Source of the DNA: Eledone cirrhosa
Taxonomy: Eukaryota
Direction of reading: 5' to 3'
Assembly: GCA_964016885.1 (NCBI GenBank)
Contig: OZ024741.1
Coordinates: 362,948,001-363,012,000 of the forward strand
Length of the DNA stretch: 64,000 bases
Numbering within the stretch: the stretch's first letter is position 1; each line of letters starts with the position of its first letter. The notes under the pieces were generated by a model that worked only from the letters and a program-made list of their open reading frames with translations, did not search any database and was not told the origin of the DNA. Positions 24,410 to 39,100 of the stretch are shown here, one piece after another. The position numbers and the translations under genes were made by a program.

Positions 24410-24577
24410 TTTATGTTTTTGTGCTTCAGATTCCAGATATTGTGTTTTATATGAGTTTGTCTCTTGAACATTGTTAGCTGCATGTGTAATTGAAGAAAGA
24501 TGTGATGCAGCTGGTACAACTGGTGCAGAAGTGTTAGCTTGCACTGACGACAAAAAACTTTGATGTTGTTGCAGTGC
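24410..24577 (-). CDS. CEP128: CEP128-like exon D: ALQQHQSFLSSVQANTSAPVVPAASHLSSITHAANNVQETNSYKTQYLESEAQKHK
   Basis: Acceptor ttttatttgcag, donor gtaatt; 168 nt. Confidence 0.8.
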
Positions 24578-24654
24578 CTGCAAATAAAATTACACCATAA
24601 AGGAATTGAAATAAATATATTTTTAAAAGTTTTTTTATTTATTTTTTTTTTAAA

Positions 24655-24878
24655 TTAACACTTTTTATACTAAACCACCTGAAATTACCTTTGGTTCTAT
24701 GATACAAAGCTGTTCATTTCAAAGTGTTCATATTTATCTAAAAACTTTTCAACATAAGAACCTTTGGTAAATTATATTCCAAACACCAGCTAAATAATGA
24801 AAAAGTTAGTTATATTTCAAAATTATTTGAAAATCATAGGCAGTGTTTTTCATTAAAAATATGGTAATGAAAGGGTAA
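24655..24878. mobile_element. Older TTAA-type MITE family (related copies ~12132-12332, ~13815-14068, ~21497-21700, ~25500-25725, ~62680-62824)
   Basis: Shared degenerate ends ttaacc/ctttt...ata and atggtaatgaaaggg, plus internal aaattatttgaaaa; boundaries approximate. Confidence 0.5.
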
Positions 24879-25787
24879 AATATATTAATATCTTATCAGT
24901 TGGTTGAAGCAGTTAACACTATTCAGACACAATATCTTCATATTCTGATATAAAAGAACAATATTTTTAATCTCCAAAGCCTGACTGCAGTTACAGGAAT
25001 ATTTTCAGGGGTGGGGTGAATTAACAGACTTTATTGACAGGAATCAATAGTTTGAGACAATTGACGACTCTCATTCATAACTGGTAGCAAATTGGTAGTC
25101 ATTAAAATGTCAGATTAAATGCTTTGATATTTGTTCTCACTTTCAGCATTCTGAGTTCAAATCTTGCCCAAGTCAACATTGCCATTCTTCTTTTGTGAGT
25201 TGATAAATAAAGTACTAGTCCAGGAGCGGTGAATTGGCAGAATTGTTGAAGAACCAGACAGGATACTTTGCAATATCTGATTTGGCTCAGTGCTTTCTGG
25301 GTTCAAATCTTGTCTCCTTCTCTACTAAGTGCTGTGACCATCAGATAGCAATAGAAAGATCAGTGGAAACATTATTTCCTTGATCTAATCTGGGTATCAA
25401 CTCCTTTTTCACTTACAATAATTTCAGATTCTTCCAGAAAAATTAGAATCTTTAGCTCATAGATTTCATAAAATACTTGATATCTTCGAAACATTTCCAT
25501 TAACCCTTTTGTTACCATATTTCTAAGGAAATACATTGTCTATGATTTTTCAAATCATTTTGTAAATAATCAAGAATTTGAAGGGATTTAATAAAATAAC
25601 TTTCTTGTTATTAAGCTAATCTTTGGAACATAACTAACATAAAATTATGGTGGAAGGTTTTTAGATAAATATAAACAATTTTCTATATTATAAAACCCAG
25701 AGTAGTTTAGTATCAAAAGAGTCAAACATTTCATTAAGATTTTAAATTAAGATACATTCCTGGAGAATAGAAAGTTTCCAAACTTAC

Positions 25788-25910
25788 CTGCTTTAGTTCG
25801 GAAGACAGACTACCTAAATCTTCTTTATTCTGTTTCTCCAATAACATTTGCCGTTCGATTTGAAGCTCATCGTGAATGGCATTCAAACGTTTCTCAACTC
25901 TTGTAGAAGT
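25788..25910 (-). CDS. CEP128: CEP128-like exon C: TSTRVEKRLNAIHDELQIERQMLLEKQNKEDLGSLSSELKQ
   Basis: Acceptor ttttacttgtaag, donor gtaagt; 123 nt; lies within ORF 25734..25961. Confidence 0.85.
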
Positions 25911-26202
25911 CTTACAAGTAAAATAAATCAAACAAAATACTTTGTTTATACCTATAGACAATAGTTTTTTGTAACATTAAAATAATCTCTTTATATATCT
26001 CTATATATTCAAACTGTTGTTCCTCATAGCTATGTTAGATATTGTATTATATGTATGTATGTATATATGTATGCATAATGGTGAAGATGACATATTCCTT
26101 GTTGAACACATTACATAGACATTTTGAAAAATATTATTTCTAAACTGATTTTGTTACTTTTAATCAACAAAAAATAGATATGTAGATAGATAAAGAACTT
26201 AC

Positions 26203-26284
26203 AGGATCCTTATTTTCTGAGTTTGTTTGGTGGTTTAAGGTATTTGCAAATGCATTCATAACTCGTTTTGTCTCCTGGGCAAAA
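26203..26284 (-). CDS. CEP128: CEP128-like exon B: (R)FAQETKRVMNAFANTLNHQTNSENKDP
   Basis: Acceptor tttcactttgaag, donor gtaagt; 82 nt; phase 2 to 0. Confidence 0.8.
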
Positions 26285-26517
26285 CTTCAAAGTGAAATAA
26301 AATCATAAACAAGCTAAATAATTTTATCAACAACAATTGCTTTATTATATTTGTTAATCATTATTTTTGTTTGAAATGTCATGTAATTTCAATATCTATT
26401 ATCTTTCCTTCCTTGAGACCTCAACTCTTGGTGACATTGTAAGGGTGCTGCTGCGACATACAGCATGCTTAGGGCATTTTGTATCTGCTAGAACCAATCC
26501 CTCTCAACAATCAATTT

Positions 26518-26521
26518 GAGA

Positions 26522-26576
<55 letters not shown>
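26518..26576. repeat. (GA)n microsatellite
   Basis: Read directly. Confidence 0.95.
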
Positions 26577-26579
<3 letters not shown>

Positions 26580-26825
26580 GCAATAAAAGAAGAATCAATC
26601 TTAGAACTGAACTGCTACTTTAATCCCCACCCCTTATCAAAGGGATGAAAGACAAAGTTAACATCAGCTGTATTTAAGTTTAGAGTGTAGAGAGCTGGAA
26701 TGAATACTGCTAGGCTTTCTCATGTTCTTACAACTCTGCCAATGTGCCATCTTAATCTTTGTTATATCAAACCTGTATAAAAATAACAAGACCAGCTTGT
26801 TACAATTTGGTGTAAGATGTAATAA

Positions 26826-27107
26826 TTGTTTCTACTTTTGGCACAAGGCCAGCAATTACCCAGTACACTACTGGTACTTTATTTTATCGACCCCATAAGG
26901 ATGAAAGGGAAAGTTAACCTCGGCGGGATTTGAACTCAGACCATAAAGGGCCGTAACTCTTTGCGGCAAAGAATGGCGTCCGACTCTCTGCCGATACTGC
27001 CAAGCCAGCAATTTAAAAAGAAAGGGAAAGTCGATTAAATCAACCCCAGTGCATTACTGGTGCTTTATTTTATCGACCCAGTAAGGAAGAAAGGCAAAGT
27101 TAACCTC
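26826..27107 (-). mobile_element. tRNA-derived SINE plus adjacent partial second copy
   Basis: Minus strand shows a B-box gagttcaaatccc followed by gccgaggttaactttccctttcatcc..gggtcgataaaataaagtaccag; same family at 10978-11080 (+) and 62548-62678 (+). Confidence 0.75.
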
Positions 27108-30100
27108 TGTTATAACTTGATATAATGAGGCCAGTCTGTTACAACATGGTATAATGAGGCCAGTCTGTTACAACATGGTATAATGAGGCCAGTCTATTAC
27201 AACATGGTATAATGAGGCCAGTCTGTTACAACATGGTATAATGAGGCCAGCCTATTACATGGTATAATGAGGCCAGTCTATTACAACATGGTATAATGAG
27301 GCCAGTCTATTACAACATGGTATAATGAGGCCAGCCTATTACATGGTATAATGAGGCCAGTCTATTACAACATGGTATAATGAGGCCAGTCTATTACATG
27401 GTATAATGAGGCCAGTCTATTACAACATGGTATAATGAGGCCAGTCTGTTACAACATGGTATAATGAGGCCAGTCTGTTACAACATGGTATAATGAGGCC
27501 AGTCTATTACAACATGGTATAATGAGGCCAGTCTATTACAACATGGTATAATGAGGCCAGTCTGTTACAACATGGTATAATGAGGCCAGTCTATTACATG
27601 GTATAATGAGGCCAGTCTATTACAACATGGTATAATGAGGCCAGTCTATTACAACATGGTATAATGAGGCCAGCCTATTACATGGTATAATGAGGCCGGT
27701 CTATTACAACATGGTATAATGAGGCCAGTCTATTACATGGTATAATGAGGCCAGTCTATTACAACATGGTATAATGAGGCCAGTCTATTACAACATGGTA
27801 TAATGAGGCCAGCCTATTACATGGTATAATGAGGCCAGTCTATTACAACATGGTATAATGAGGCCAGTCTGTTACAACATGGTATAATGAGGCCAGTCTA
27901 TTACAACATGGTATAATGAGGCCAGTCTATTACAACATGGTATAATGAGGCCAGTCTATTACAACATGGTATAATGAGGCCAGTCTGTTACAACATGGTA
28001 TAATGAGGCCAGTCTATTACAACATGGTATAATGAGGTCAGTCTGTTACAACATGGTATAATGAGGCCAGTCTATTACAACATGGTATAATGAGGCCAGT
28101 CTATTACATGGTATAATGAGGCCAGTCTGTTACAACATGGTATAATGAGGCCAGTCTATTACAACATGGTATAATGAGGCCAGTCTATTACATGGTATAA
28201 TGAGGCCAGTCTGTTACAACATGGTATAATGAGGCCAGTCTATTACAACATGGTATAATGAGGCCAGTCTGTTACAACATGGTATAATGAGGCCAGTCTG
28301 TTACAACATGGTATAATTAGGCCAGTCTATTACAACATGGTATAATAAGGCCAGTCTATTACAACATGGTATAATGAGGCCAGTCTATTACATGGTATAA
28401 TGAGGCCAGTCTATTACAACATGGTATAATGAGGCCAGTCTGTTACAACATGGTATAATGAGGCCAGTCTATTACAACATGGTATAATGAGGCCAGTCTA
28501 TTACAACATGGTATAATGAGGCCAGTCTGTTACAACATGGTATAATGAGGCCAGTCTGCTACAACATGGTATAATGAGGCCAGTCTATTACAACATGGTA
28601 TAATGAGGCCAGTCTATTACAACATGGTATAATGAGGCCAGTCTATTACATGGTATAATGAGGCCAGTCTATTACAACATGGTATAATGAGGCCAGTCTG
28701 TTACAACATGGTATAATGATGCCAGTCTATTACAACATGGTATAATGAGGCCAGTCTATTAAAACATGGTATAATGAGGCCAGTATGTTACAACATGGTA
28801 TAATGAGGCCAGTCTATTACAACATGGTATAATGAGGCCAGTCTATTACAGCATGGTATAATGAGGCCAGTCTGTTACAACATGGTATAATAAGGCCAGT
28901 CTGTTACAACATGGTATAATGAGGCCAGTCTGTTACAACATGGTATAATAAGGCCAGTCTGTTACAACATGGTATAATGAAGCCAGTCTGTTACAACATG
29001 GTATAATGAAGCCAGTCTGTTACAACATGGTATAATTAGGCCAGTCTGTTACAACATGGTATAATAAGGCCAGTCTGTTACAACATGGTATAATGAGGCC
29101 AGTCTGTTACAACATGGTATAATGAGGCCAGTCTATTACAACATGGTATAATGAGGCCAGTCTATTACAACATGGTATAATGAGGCCAGTCTATTACAAC
29201 ATGGTATAATGAGGCCAGTCTATTACATGGTATAATGAGGCCAGTCTATTACAACATGGTATAATGAGGCCAGTCTGTTACAACATGGTATAATTAGGCC
29301 AGTCTGTTACAACATGGTATAATGAGGCCAGTCTATTACAACATGGTATAATGAGGCCAGTCTGTTACAACATGGTATAATGAGGCCAGTCTATTACAAC
29401 ATGGTATAATGAGGCCAGTCTGTTACAACATGGTATAATGAGGCCAGTCTATTACAACATGGTATAATGAGGCCAGTCTATTACAACATGGTATAATGAG
29501 GCCAGTCTGTTACAACATGGTATAATGAGGCCAGTCTATTACATGGTATAATGAGGCCAGTCTATTACAACATGGTATAATGAGGCCAGTCTATTACATG
29601 GTATAATGAGGCCAGTCTATTACAACATGGTATAATGAGGCCAGTCTATTACAACATGGTATAATGAGGCCAGTCTATTACAACATGGTATAATGAGGCC
29701 AGTCTATTACATGGTATAATGAGGCCAGTCTATTACAACATGGTATAATGAGGCCAGTCTATTACATGGTATAATGAGGCCAGTCTATTACAACATGGTA
29801 TAATGAGGCCAGTCTATTACAACATGGTATAATGAGGCCAGTCTATTACATGGTATAATGAGGCCAGTCTATTACAACATGGTATAATGAGACCAGTCTG
29901 TTACAACATGGTATAATGAGGCCAGTCTATTACAACATGGTATAATGAGGCCAGTCTATTACAACATGGTATAATGAGGCCAGTCTGTTACAACATGGTA
30001 TAATGAGGCCAGTCTATTACAACATGGTATAATGAGGCCAGTCTATTACAACATGGTATAATGAGGCCAGTCTATTACAACATGGTATAATGAGGCCAGT

Positions 30101-33100
30101 CTATTACAACATGGTATAATGAGGCCAGTCTATTACAACATGGTATAATGAGGCCAGTCTGTTACAACATGGTATAATGAGGCCAGTCTATTACAACATG
30201 GTATAATGAGGTCAGTCTGTTACAACATGGTATAATGAGGCCAGTCTATTACAACATGGTATAATGAGGCCAGTCTATTACATGGTATAATGAGGCCAGT
30301 CTGTTACAACATGGTATAATGAGGCCAGTCTGTTACAACATGGTATAATTAGGCCAGTCTATTACAACATGGTATAATAAGGCCAGTCTATTACAACATG
30401 GTATAAGGAGGCCAGTCTATTACATGGTATAATGAGGCCAGTCTATTACAACATGGTATAATGAGGCCAGTCTGTTACAACATGGTATAATTATGCCAGT
30501 CTATTACAACATGGTATAATAAGGCCAGTCTATTACAACATGGTATAATAAGGCCAGTCTATTACATGGTATAATGAGGCCAGTCTATTACAACATGGTA
30601 TAATGAGGCCAGTCTATTACAACATGGTATAATGAGGCCAGTCTGTTACAACATGGTATAATGAGGCCAGTCTATTACAACATGGTATAATGAGGCCAGT
30701 CTATTACAACATGGTATAATGAGGCCAGTCTGTTACAACATGGTATAATGAGGCCAGTCTGCTACAACATGGTATAATGAGGCCAGTCTATTACAACATG
30801 GTATAATGAGGCCAGTCTATTACAACATGGTATAATGAGGCCAGTCTATTACATGGTATAATGAGGCCAGTCTATTACAACATGGTATAATGAGGCCAGT
30901 CTGTTACAACATGGTATAATTAGGCCAGTCTATTACAACATGGTATAATAAGGCCAGTCTATTACAACATGGTATAAGGAGGCCAGTCTATTACATGGTA
31001 TAATGAAGCCAGTCTATTACAACATGGTATAATGAGGCCAGTCTGTTACAACATGGTATAATTATGCCAGTCTATTACAACATGGTATAATAAGGCCAGT
31101 CTATTACAACATGGTATAATAAGGCCAGTCTATTACATGGTATAATGAGGCCAGTCTATTACAACATGGTATTATGAGGCCAGTCTATTACAACATGGTA
31201 AAATGAGGCCAGTCTGTTACAACATGGTATAATGAGGCCAGTCTATTACAACATGGTATAATGAGGCCAGTCTATTACAACATGGTATAATGAGGCCAGT
31301 CTGTTACAACATGGTATAATGAGGCCAGTCTGCTACAACATGGTATAATGAGGCCAGTCTATTACAACATGGTATAATGAGGCCAGTCTATTACAACATG
31401 GTATAATGAGGCCAGTCTATTACATGGTATAATGAGGCCTGTCTATTACAACATGGTATAATGAGGCCAGTCTGTTACAACATGGTATAATGAGGCCAGT
31501 CTATTACAACATGGTATAATGAGGCCAGTCTATTACAACATGGTATAATGAGGCCAGTCTATTACAACATAGTATAATGAGGCCAGTCTGTTACAACATG
31601 GTATAATAAAGCCAGTCTATTACAACATGGTATAATGAGGCCAGTCTATTAAAACATGGTATAATGAGGCCAGTCTGTTACAACATGGTATAATGAGGCC
31701 AATTTATTACAACATGGTATAATGAGGCCAGTCTGTTACAACATGGTATAATGAAGCCAGTCTATTACAACATGGTATAATGAGGCCAGTCTGTTACAAC
31801 ATGGTATAATGAGGCCAATCTATTACAACATGGTATAATGAGGCCAGTCTGTTACAACATGGTATAATGAGGCAGATTCTGTTACAACATGGTATAATGA
31901 GGCCAGTCTGTTACAACATGGTATAATGAGGCCAGTCTATTACAACATGGTATAATGAGGCCAGTATGTTACAATATGGTATAATGAGGCCAGTCTATTA
32001 CAACATGGTATAATGAGGCCAGTCTATTACAACATGGTATAATGAGGCCAGTCTGTTACAACATGGTATAATGAGGCCAGTCTATTACAACATGGTATAA
32101 TGAGGCCAGTCTATTACAGCATGGTATAATGAGGCCAGTCTGTTACAGCATGGTATAATAAGGCCAGTCTGTTACAACATGGTATGATGAGGCCAGTCTG
32201 TTACAACATGGTATAATAAGGCCAGTCTGTTACAACATGGTATAATGAAGCCAGTCTATTACAACATGGTATAATGAGGTCAGTCTATTACAACATGGTA
32301 TAATGAGGCCAGTCTATTACAACATGGTATAATGAGGCCGGTCTATTACATGGTATAATGAGGCCAGTCTATTACAACATGGTATAATGAGGCCAGTCTG
32401 TTACAACATGGTATAATGAGGCAGATTCTGTTACAACATGGTATAATGAGGTCAGTCTGTTACAACATGGTATAATGAGGCCAGTATGTTACAACATGGT
32501 ATAATGAGGCCAGTCTATTACAACATGGTATAATGAAGCCAGTCTATTACAACATGGTATAATGAGGCCAATCTGTTACAACATGGTATAATGACGCCAG
32601 TCTGTTACAACATGGTATAATGAGGCCAGTCTATTACAACATGGTATAATGAGGCCAGTCTGTTACAACATGGTATAATGAGGCCAGGCTGTTAGATGGT
32701 ATAATGAGGCCAGTCTATTACAACATGGTATAATGAGGCCAGTCTATTACAACATGGTATAATGAGGCCAGTCTGTTACAACATGGTATACTGAGGCCAG
32801 TCTATTACAACATGGTATAATGAGGCCAGTCTATTACAACATGGTATAATGAGGCCAGTCTGTTACAACATGGTATACTGAGGCCAGTCTATTACAACAT
32901 GGTATAATGAGGCCTGTCTATTACAACATGGTATAATGAGGTCAGTCTGTTACAACATGGTATAATGAGGCCAGTCCGTTACAACATGGTATAATAAGGC
33001 CAGTCTGTTACAACATGGTATAATGAGGCCAGTCTGTTACAACATGGTATAATAAGGCCAGTCTGTTACAACATGGTATAATGAGGCCAGTCTATTACAT

Positions 33101-36100
33101 GGTATAATGAGGCCAGTCTATTACAACATGGTATAATGAGGCCAGTCTGTTACAACATGGTATAATGAGGCCAGTCTATTACAACATGGTATAATGAGGC
33201 CAGTCTATTACAACATGGTATAATGAGGCCAGTCTATTACAACATGGTATAATGAGGCCAGTCTGTTACAACATGGTATAATGAGGCCAGTCTATTACAA
33301 CATGGTATAATGAGGTCAGTCTGTTACATGGTATAATGAGGCCAGACTATTACAACATGGTATAATGAGGCCAGTCTATTACATGGTATAATGAGGCCAG
33401 TCTATTACATGGTATAATGAGGCCAGTCTGTTACAACATGGTATAATTAGGCCAGTCTATTACAACATGGTATAATAAGGCCAGTCTATTACAACATGGT
33501 ATAATGAGGCCAGTCTATTACATGGTATAATGAGGCCAGTCTATTACAACATGGTATAATGAGGCCAGTCTGTTACAACATGGTATAATGAGGCCAGTCT
33601 ATTACAACATGGTATAATGAGGCCAGTCTATTACATGGTATAATGAGGCCAGTCTATTACAACATGGTATAATGAGGACAGTCTGTTACAACATGGTATA
33701 ATTAGGCCAGTCTATTACAACATGGTATAATAAGGCCAGTCTATTACAACATGGTATAATGAGGCCAGTCTGTTACAACATGGTATAATTAGGCCAGTCT
33801 ATTACAACATGGTATAATAAGGCCAGTCTATTACAACATGGTATAATGAGGCCAGTCTATTACATGATATAATTAGGCCAGTCTATTACAACATGGTATA
33901 ATAAGGCCAGTCTATTACAACATGGTATAATGAGGCCAGTCTATTACAACATGGTATAATGAGGCCAGTCTATTACATGGTATAATGAGGCCAGTCTATT
34001 ACAACATGGTATAATGAGGCCAGTCTGTTACAACATGGTATAATGAGGCCAGTCTATTACAACATGGTATAATGAGGCCAGTCTATTACAACATGGTATA
34101 ATGAGGCCAGTCTATTACAACATAGTATAATGAGGCCAGTCTGTTACAACATGGTATAATAAAGCCAGTCTATTACAACATGGTATAATGAGGCCAGTCT
34201 ATTAAAACATGGTATAATGAGGCCAGTCTGTTACAACATGGTATAATGAGGCCAATTTATTACAACATGGTATAATGAGGCCAGTCTGTTACAACATGGT
34301 ATAATGAAGCCAGTCTATTACAACATGGTATAATGAGGCCAGTCTGTTACAACATGGTATAATGAGGCCAATCTATTACAACATGGTATAATGAGGCCAG
34401 TCTGTTACAACATGGTATAATGAGGCAGATTCTGTTACAACATGGTATAATGAGGCCAGTCTGTTACAACATGGTATAATGAGGCCAGTCTATTACAACA
34501 TGGTATAATGAGGCCAGTATGTTACAACATGGTATAATGAGGCCAGTCTATTACAACATGGTATAATGAGGCCAGTCTGTTACAACATGGTATAATGAGG
34601 CCAGTCTATTACAACATGGTATAATGAGGCCAGTCTGTTACAGCATGGTATAATAAGGCCAGTCTGTTACAACATGGTATAATGAGGCCAGTCTGTTACA
34701 ACATGGTATAATGAGGTCAGTCTATTACAACATGGTATAATAAGGCCAGTCTGTTACAACATGGTATAATGAGGCCAGTCTATTACAACATGGTATAATA
34801 AGGCCAGTCTGTTACAGCATGGTATAATAAGGCCAGTCTGTTACAACATGGTATAATGAGGCCAGTCTGTTACAACATGGTATAATAAGGCCAGTATGTT
34901 ACAACATGGTATAATGAAGCCAGTCTATTACAACATGGTATAATGAGGTCAGTCTATTACAACATGGTATAATGAGGCCAGTCTATTACAACATGGTATA
35001 ATGAGGCCGGTCTATTACATGGTATAATGAGGCCAGTCTATTACAACATGGTATAATGAGGCCAGTCTGTTACAACATGGTATAATGAGGCAGATTCTGT
35101 TACAACATGGTATAATGAGGTCAGTCTGTTACAACATGGTATAATGAGGCCAGTATGTTACAACATGGTATAATGAGGCCAGTCTATTACAACATGGTAT
35201 AATGAAGCCAGTCTATTACAACATGGTATAATGAGGCCAGTCTGTTACAACATGGTATAATGAGGCCAGTCTGTTACAACATGGTATAATGAGGCCAGTC
35301 TATTACAACATGGTACAATGAAGCCAGTCTGTTACAACATGGTATAATGAGGCCAGCCTGTTACAACATGGTATAATGAGGCCAGTCTGTTACAACATGG
35401 TATAATGAGGCCAGTCTATTACAACATGGTATAATGAGGCCAGTCTGTTACAACATGGTATAATGAGGCCAGCCTGTTACAACATGGTATAATGAGGCCA
35501 GGCTGTTAGATGGTATAATGAGGCCAGTCTATTACAACATGGTATAATGAGGCCAGTCTATTACAACATGGTATAATGAGGCCAGTCTGTTACAACATGG
35601 TATACTGAGGCCAGTCTATTACAACATGGTATAATGAGGCCAGTCTATTACAACATGGTATAATGAGGCCAGTCCGTTACAACATGGTATAATAAGGCCA
35701 GTCTGTTACAACATGGTATAATGAGGCCAGTCTGTTACAACATGGTATAATAAGGCCAGTCTGTTACAACATGGTATAATGAGGCCAGTCTATTACATGG
35801 TATAATGAGGCCAGTCTATTACAACATGGTATAATGAGGCCAGTCTGTTACAACATGGTATAATGAGGCCAGTCTATTACAACATGGTATAATGAGGCCA
35901 GTCTATTACAACATGGTATAATGAGGCCAGTCTATTACAACATGGTATAATGAGGCCAGTCTGTTACAACATGGTATAATGAGGCCAGTCTATTACAACA
36001 TGGTATAATGAGGTCAGTCTGTTACAACATGGTATAATGAGGCCAGTCTATTACAACATGGTATAATGAGGCCAGTCTATTACATGGTATAATGAGGCCA

Positions 36101-39100
36101 GTCTATTACATGGTATAATGAGGCCAGTCTGTTACAACATGGTATAATTAGGCCAGTCTATTACAACATGGTATAATAAGGCCAGTCTATTACAACATGG
36201 TATAATGAGGCCAGTCTATTACATGGTATAATGAGGCCAGTCTATTACAACATGGTATAATGAGGCCAGTCTGTTACAACATGGTATAATGAGGCCAGTC
36301 TATTACAACATGGTATAATGAGGCCAGTCTATTACATGGTATAATGAGGCCAGTCTATTACAACATGGTATAATGAGGCCAGTCTGTTACAACATGGTAT
36401 AATTAGGCCAGTCTATTACAACATGGTATAATAAGGCCAGTCTATTACAACATGGTATAATGAGGCCAGTCTGTTACAACATGGTATAATTAGGCCAGTC
36501 TATTACAACATGGTATAATAAGGCCAGTCTATTACAACATGGTATAATGAGGCCAGTCTATTACATGGTATAATTAGGCCAGTCTATTACAACATGGTAT
36601 AATAAGGCCAGTCTATTACAACATGGTATAATGAGGCCAGTCTATTACATGGTATAATGAGGCCAGTCTATTACAACATGGTATAATGAGGCCAGTCTGT
36701 TACAACATGGTATAATGAGGCCAGTCTATTACAACATGGTATAATGAGGCCAGTCTATTACAACATGGTATAATGAGGCCAGTCTATTACAACATGGTAT
36801 AATGAGGCCAGTCTATTACATGGTATAATGAGGCCAGTCTGTTACAACATGGTATAATGAGGCCAGTCTGTTACAACATGGTATAATGAGGCCAGTCTAT
36901 TACAACATGGTATAATGAGGCCAGTCTATTACAACATAGTATAATGAGGCCAGTCTATTACAACATGGTATAATAAAGCCAGTCTATTACAACATGGTAT
37001 AATGAGGCCAATCTATTAAAACATGGTATAATGAGGCCAGTCTGTTACAACATGGTATAATGAGGCCAGTCTATTACAACATGGTATAATGAGGCCAGTC
37101 TGTTACAACATGGTATAATGAAGCCAGTCTATTACAACATGATATAATGAGGCCAGTCTGTTACAACATGGTATAATGAGGCCAATCTATTACAACATGG
37201 TATAATGAGGCCAGTCTGTTACAACATGGTATAATGAGGCCAGTCTATTACAACATGGTATAATGAGGCCAGTCTGTTACAACATGGTATAATGAGGCAG
37301 ATTCTGTTACAACATGGTATAATGAGGCCAGTCTGTTACAACATGGTATAATGAGGCCAGTCTGTTACAACATGGTATAATGAGGCCAGTCTATTACAAC
37401 ATGGTATAATGAGGCCAGTATGTTACAACATGGTATAATGAGGCCAGTCTATTACAACATGGTATAATGAGGCCAGTCTATTACAACATGGTATAATGAG
37501 GCCGGTCTATTACATGGTATAATGAGGCCAGTCTATTACAACATGGTATAATGAAGTCAGTCTATTACAACATGGTATAATGAGGCCAGTCTGTTACAAC
37601 ATGGTGTAATGAGGCCAGTCTATTACAACATGGTATAATGAGGCCAGTCTATTACATGGTATAATGAGGCCAGTCTATTACAACATGGTATAATGAGGCC
37701 AGTCTGTTACAACATGGTATAATTAGGCCAGTCTATTACAACATGGTATAATAAGGCCAGTCTATTACAACATGGTATAATGAGGCCAGTCTGTTACAAC
37801 ATGGTATAATTAGGCCAGTCTATTACAACATGGTATAATAAGGCCAGTCTATTACAACATGGTATAATGAGGCCAGTCTATTACATGATATAATTAGGCC
37901 AGTCTATTACAACATGGTATAATAAGGCCAGTCTATTACAACATGGTATAATGAGGCCAGTCTATTACAACATGGTATAATGAGGCCAGTCTATTACATG
38001 GTATAATGAGGCCAGTCTATTACAACATGGTATAATGAGGCCAGTCTGTTACAACATGGTATAATGAGGCCAGTCTATTACAACATGGTATAATGAGGCC
38101 AGTCTATTACAACATGGTATAATGAGGCCAGTCTATTACAACATAGTATAATGAGGCCAGTCTGTTACAACATGGTATAATAAAGCCAGTCTATTACAAC
38201 ATGGTATAATGAGGCCAGTCTATTAAAACATGGTATAATGAGGCCAGTCTGTTACAACATGGTATAATGAGGCCAATTTATTACAACATGGTATAATGAG
38301 GCCAGTCTGTTACAACATGGTATAATGAAGCCAGTCTATTACAACATGGTATAATGAGGCCAGTCTGTTACAACATGGTATAATGAGGCCAATCTATTAC
38401 AACATGGTATAATGAGGCCAGTCTGTTACAACATGGTATAATGAGGCAGATTCTGTTACAACATGGTATAATGAGGCCAGTCTGTTACAACATGGTATAA
38501 TGAGGCCAGTCTATTACAACATGGTATAATGAGGCCAGTATGTTACAACATGGTATAATGAGGCCAGTCTATTACAACATGGTATAATGAGGCCAGTCTA
38601 TTACAACATGGTATAATGAGGCCAGTCTGTTACAACATGGTATAATGAGGCCAGTCTATTACAACATGGTATAATGAGGCCAGTCTGTTACAGCATGGTA
38701 TAATAAGGCCAGTCTGTTACAACATGGTATAATGAGGCCAGTCTGTTACAACATGGTATAATAAGGCCAGTCTGTTACAACATGGTATAATGAAGCCAGT
38801 CTATTACAACATGGTATAATGAGGTCAGTCTATTACAACATGGTATAATGAGGCCAGTCTATTACAACATGGTATAATGAGGCCGGTCTATTACATGGTA
38901 TAATGAGGCCAGTCTATTACAACATGGTATAATGAGGCCAGTCTGTTACAACATGGTATAATGAGGCAGATTCTGTTACAACATGGTATAATGAGGTCAG
39001 TCTGTTACAACATGGTATAATGAGGCCAGTATGTTACAACATGGTATAATGAGGCCAGTCTATTACAACATGGTATAATGAAGCCAGTCTATTACAACAT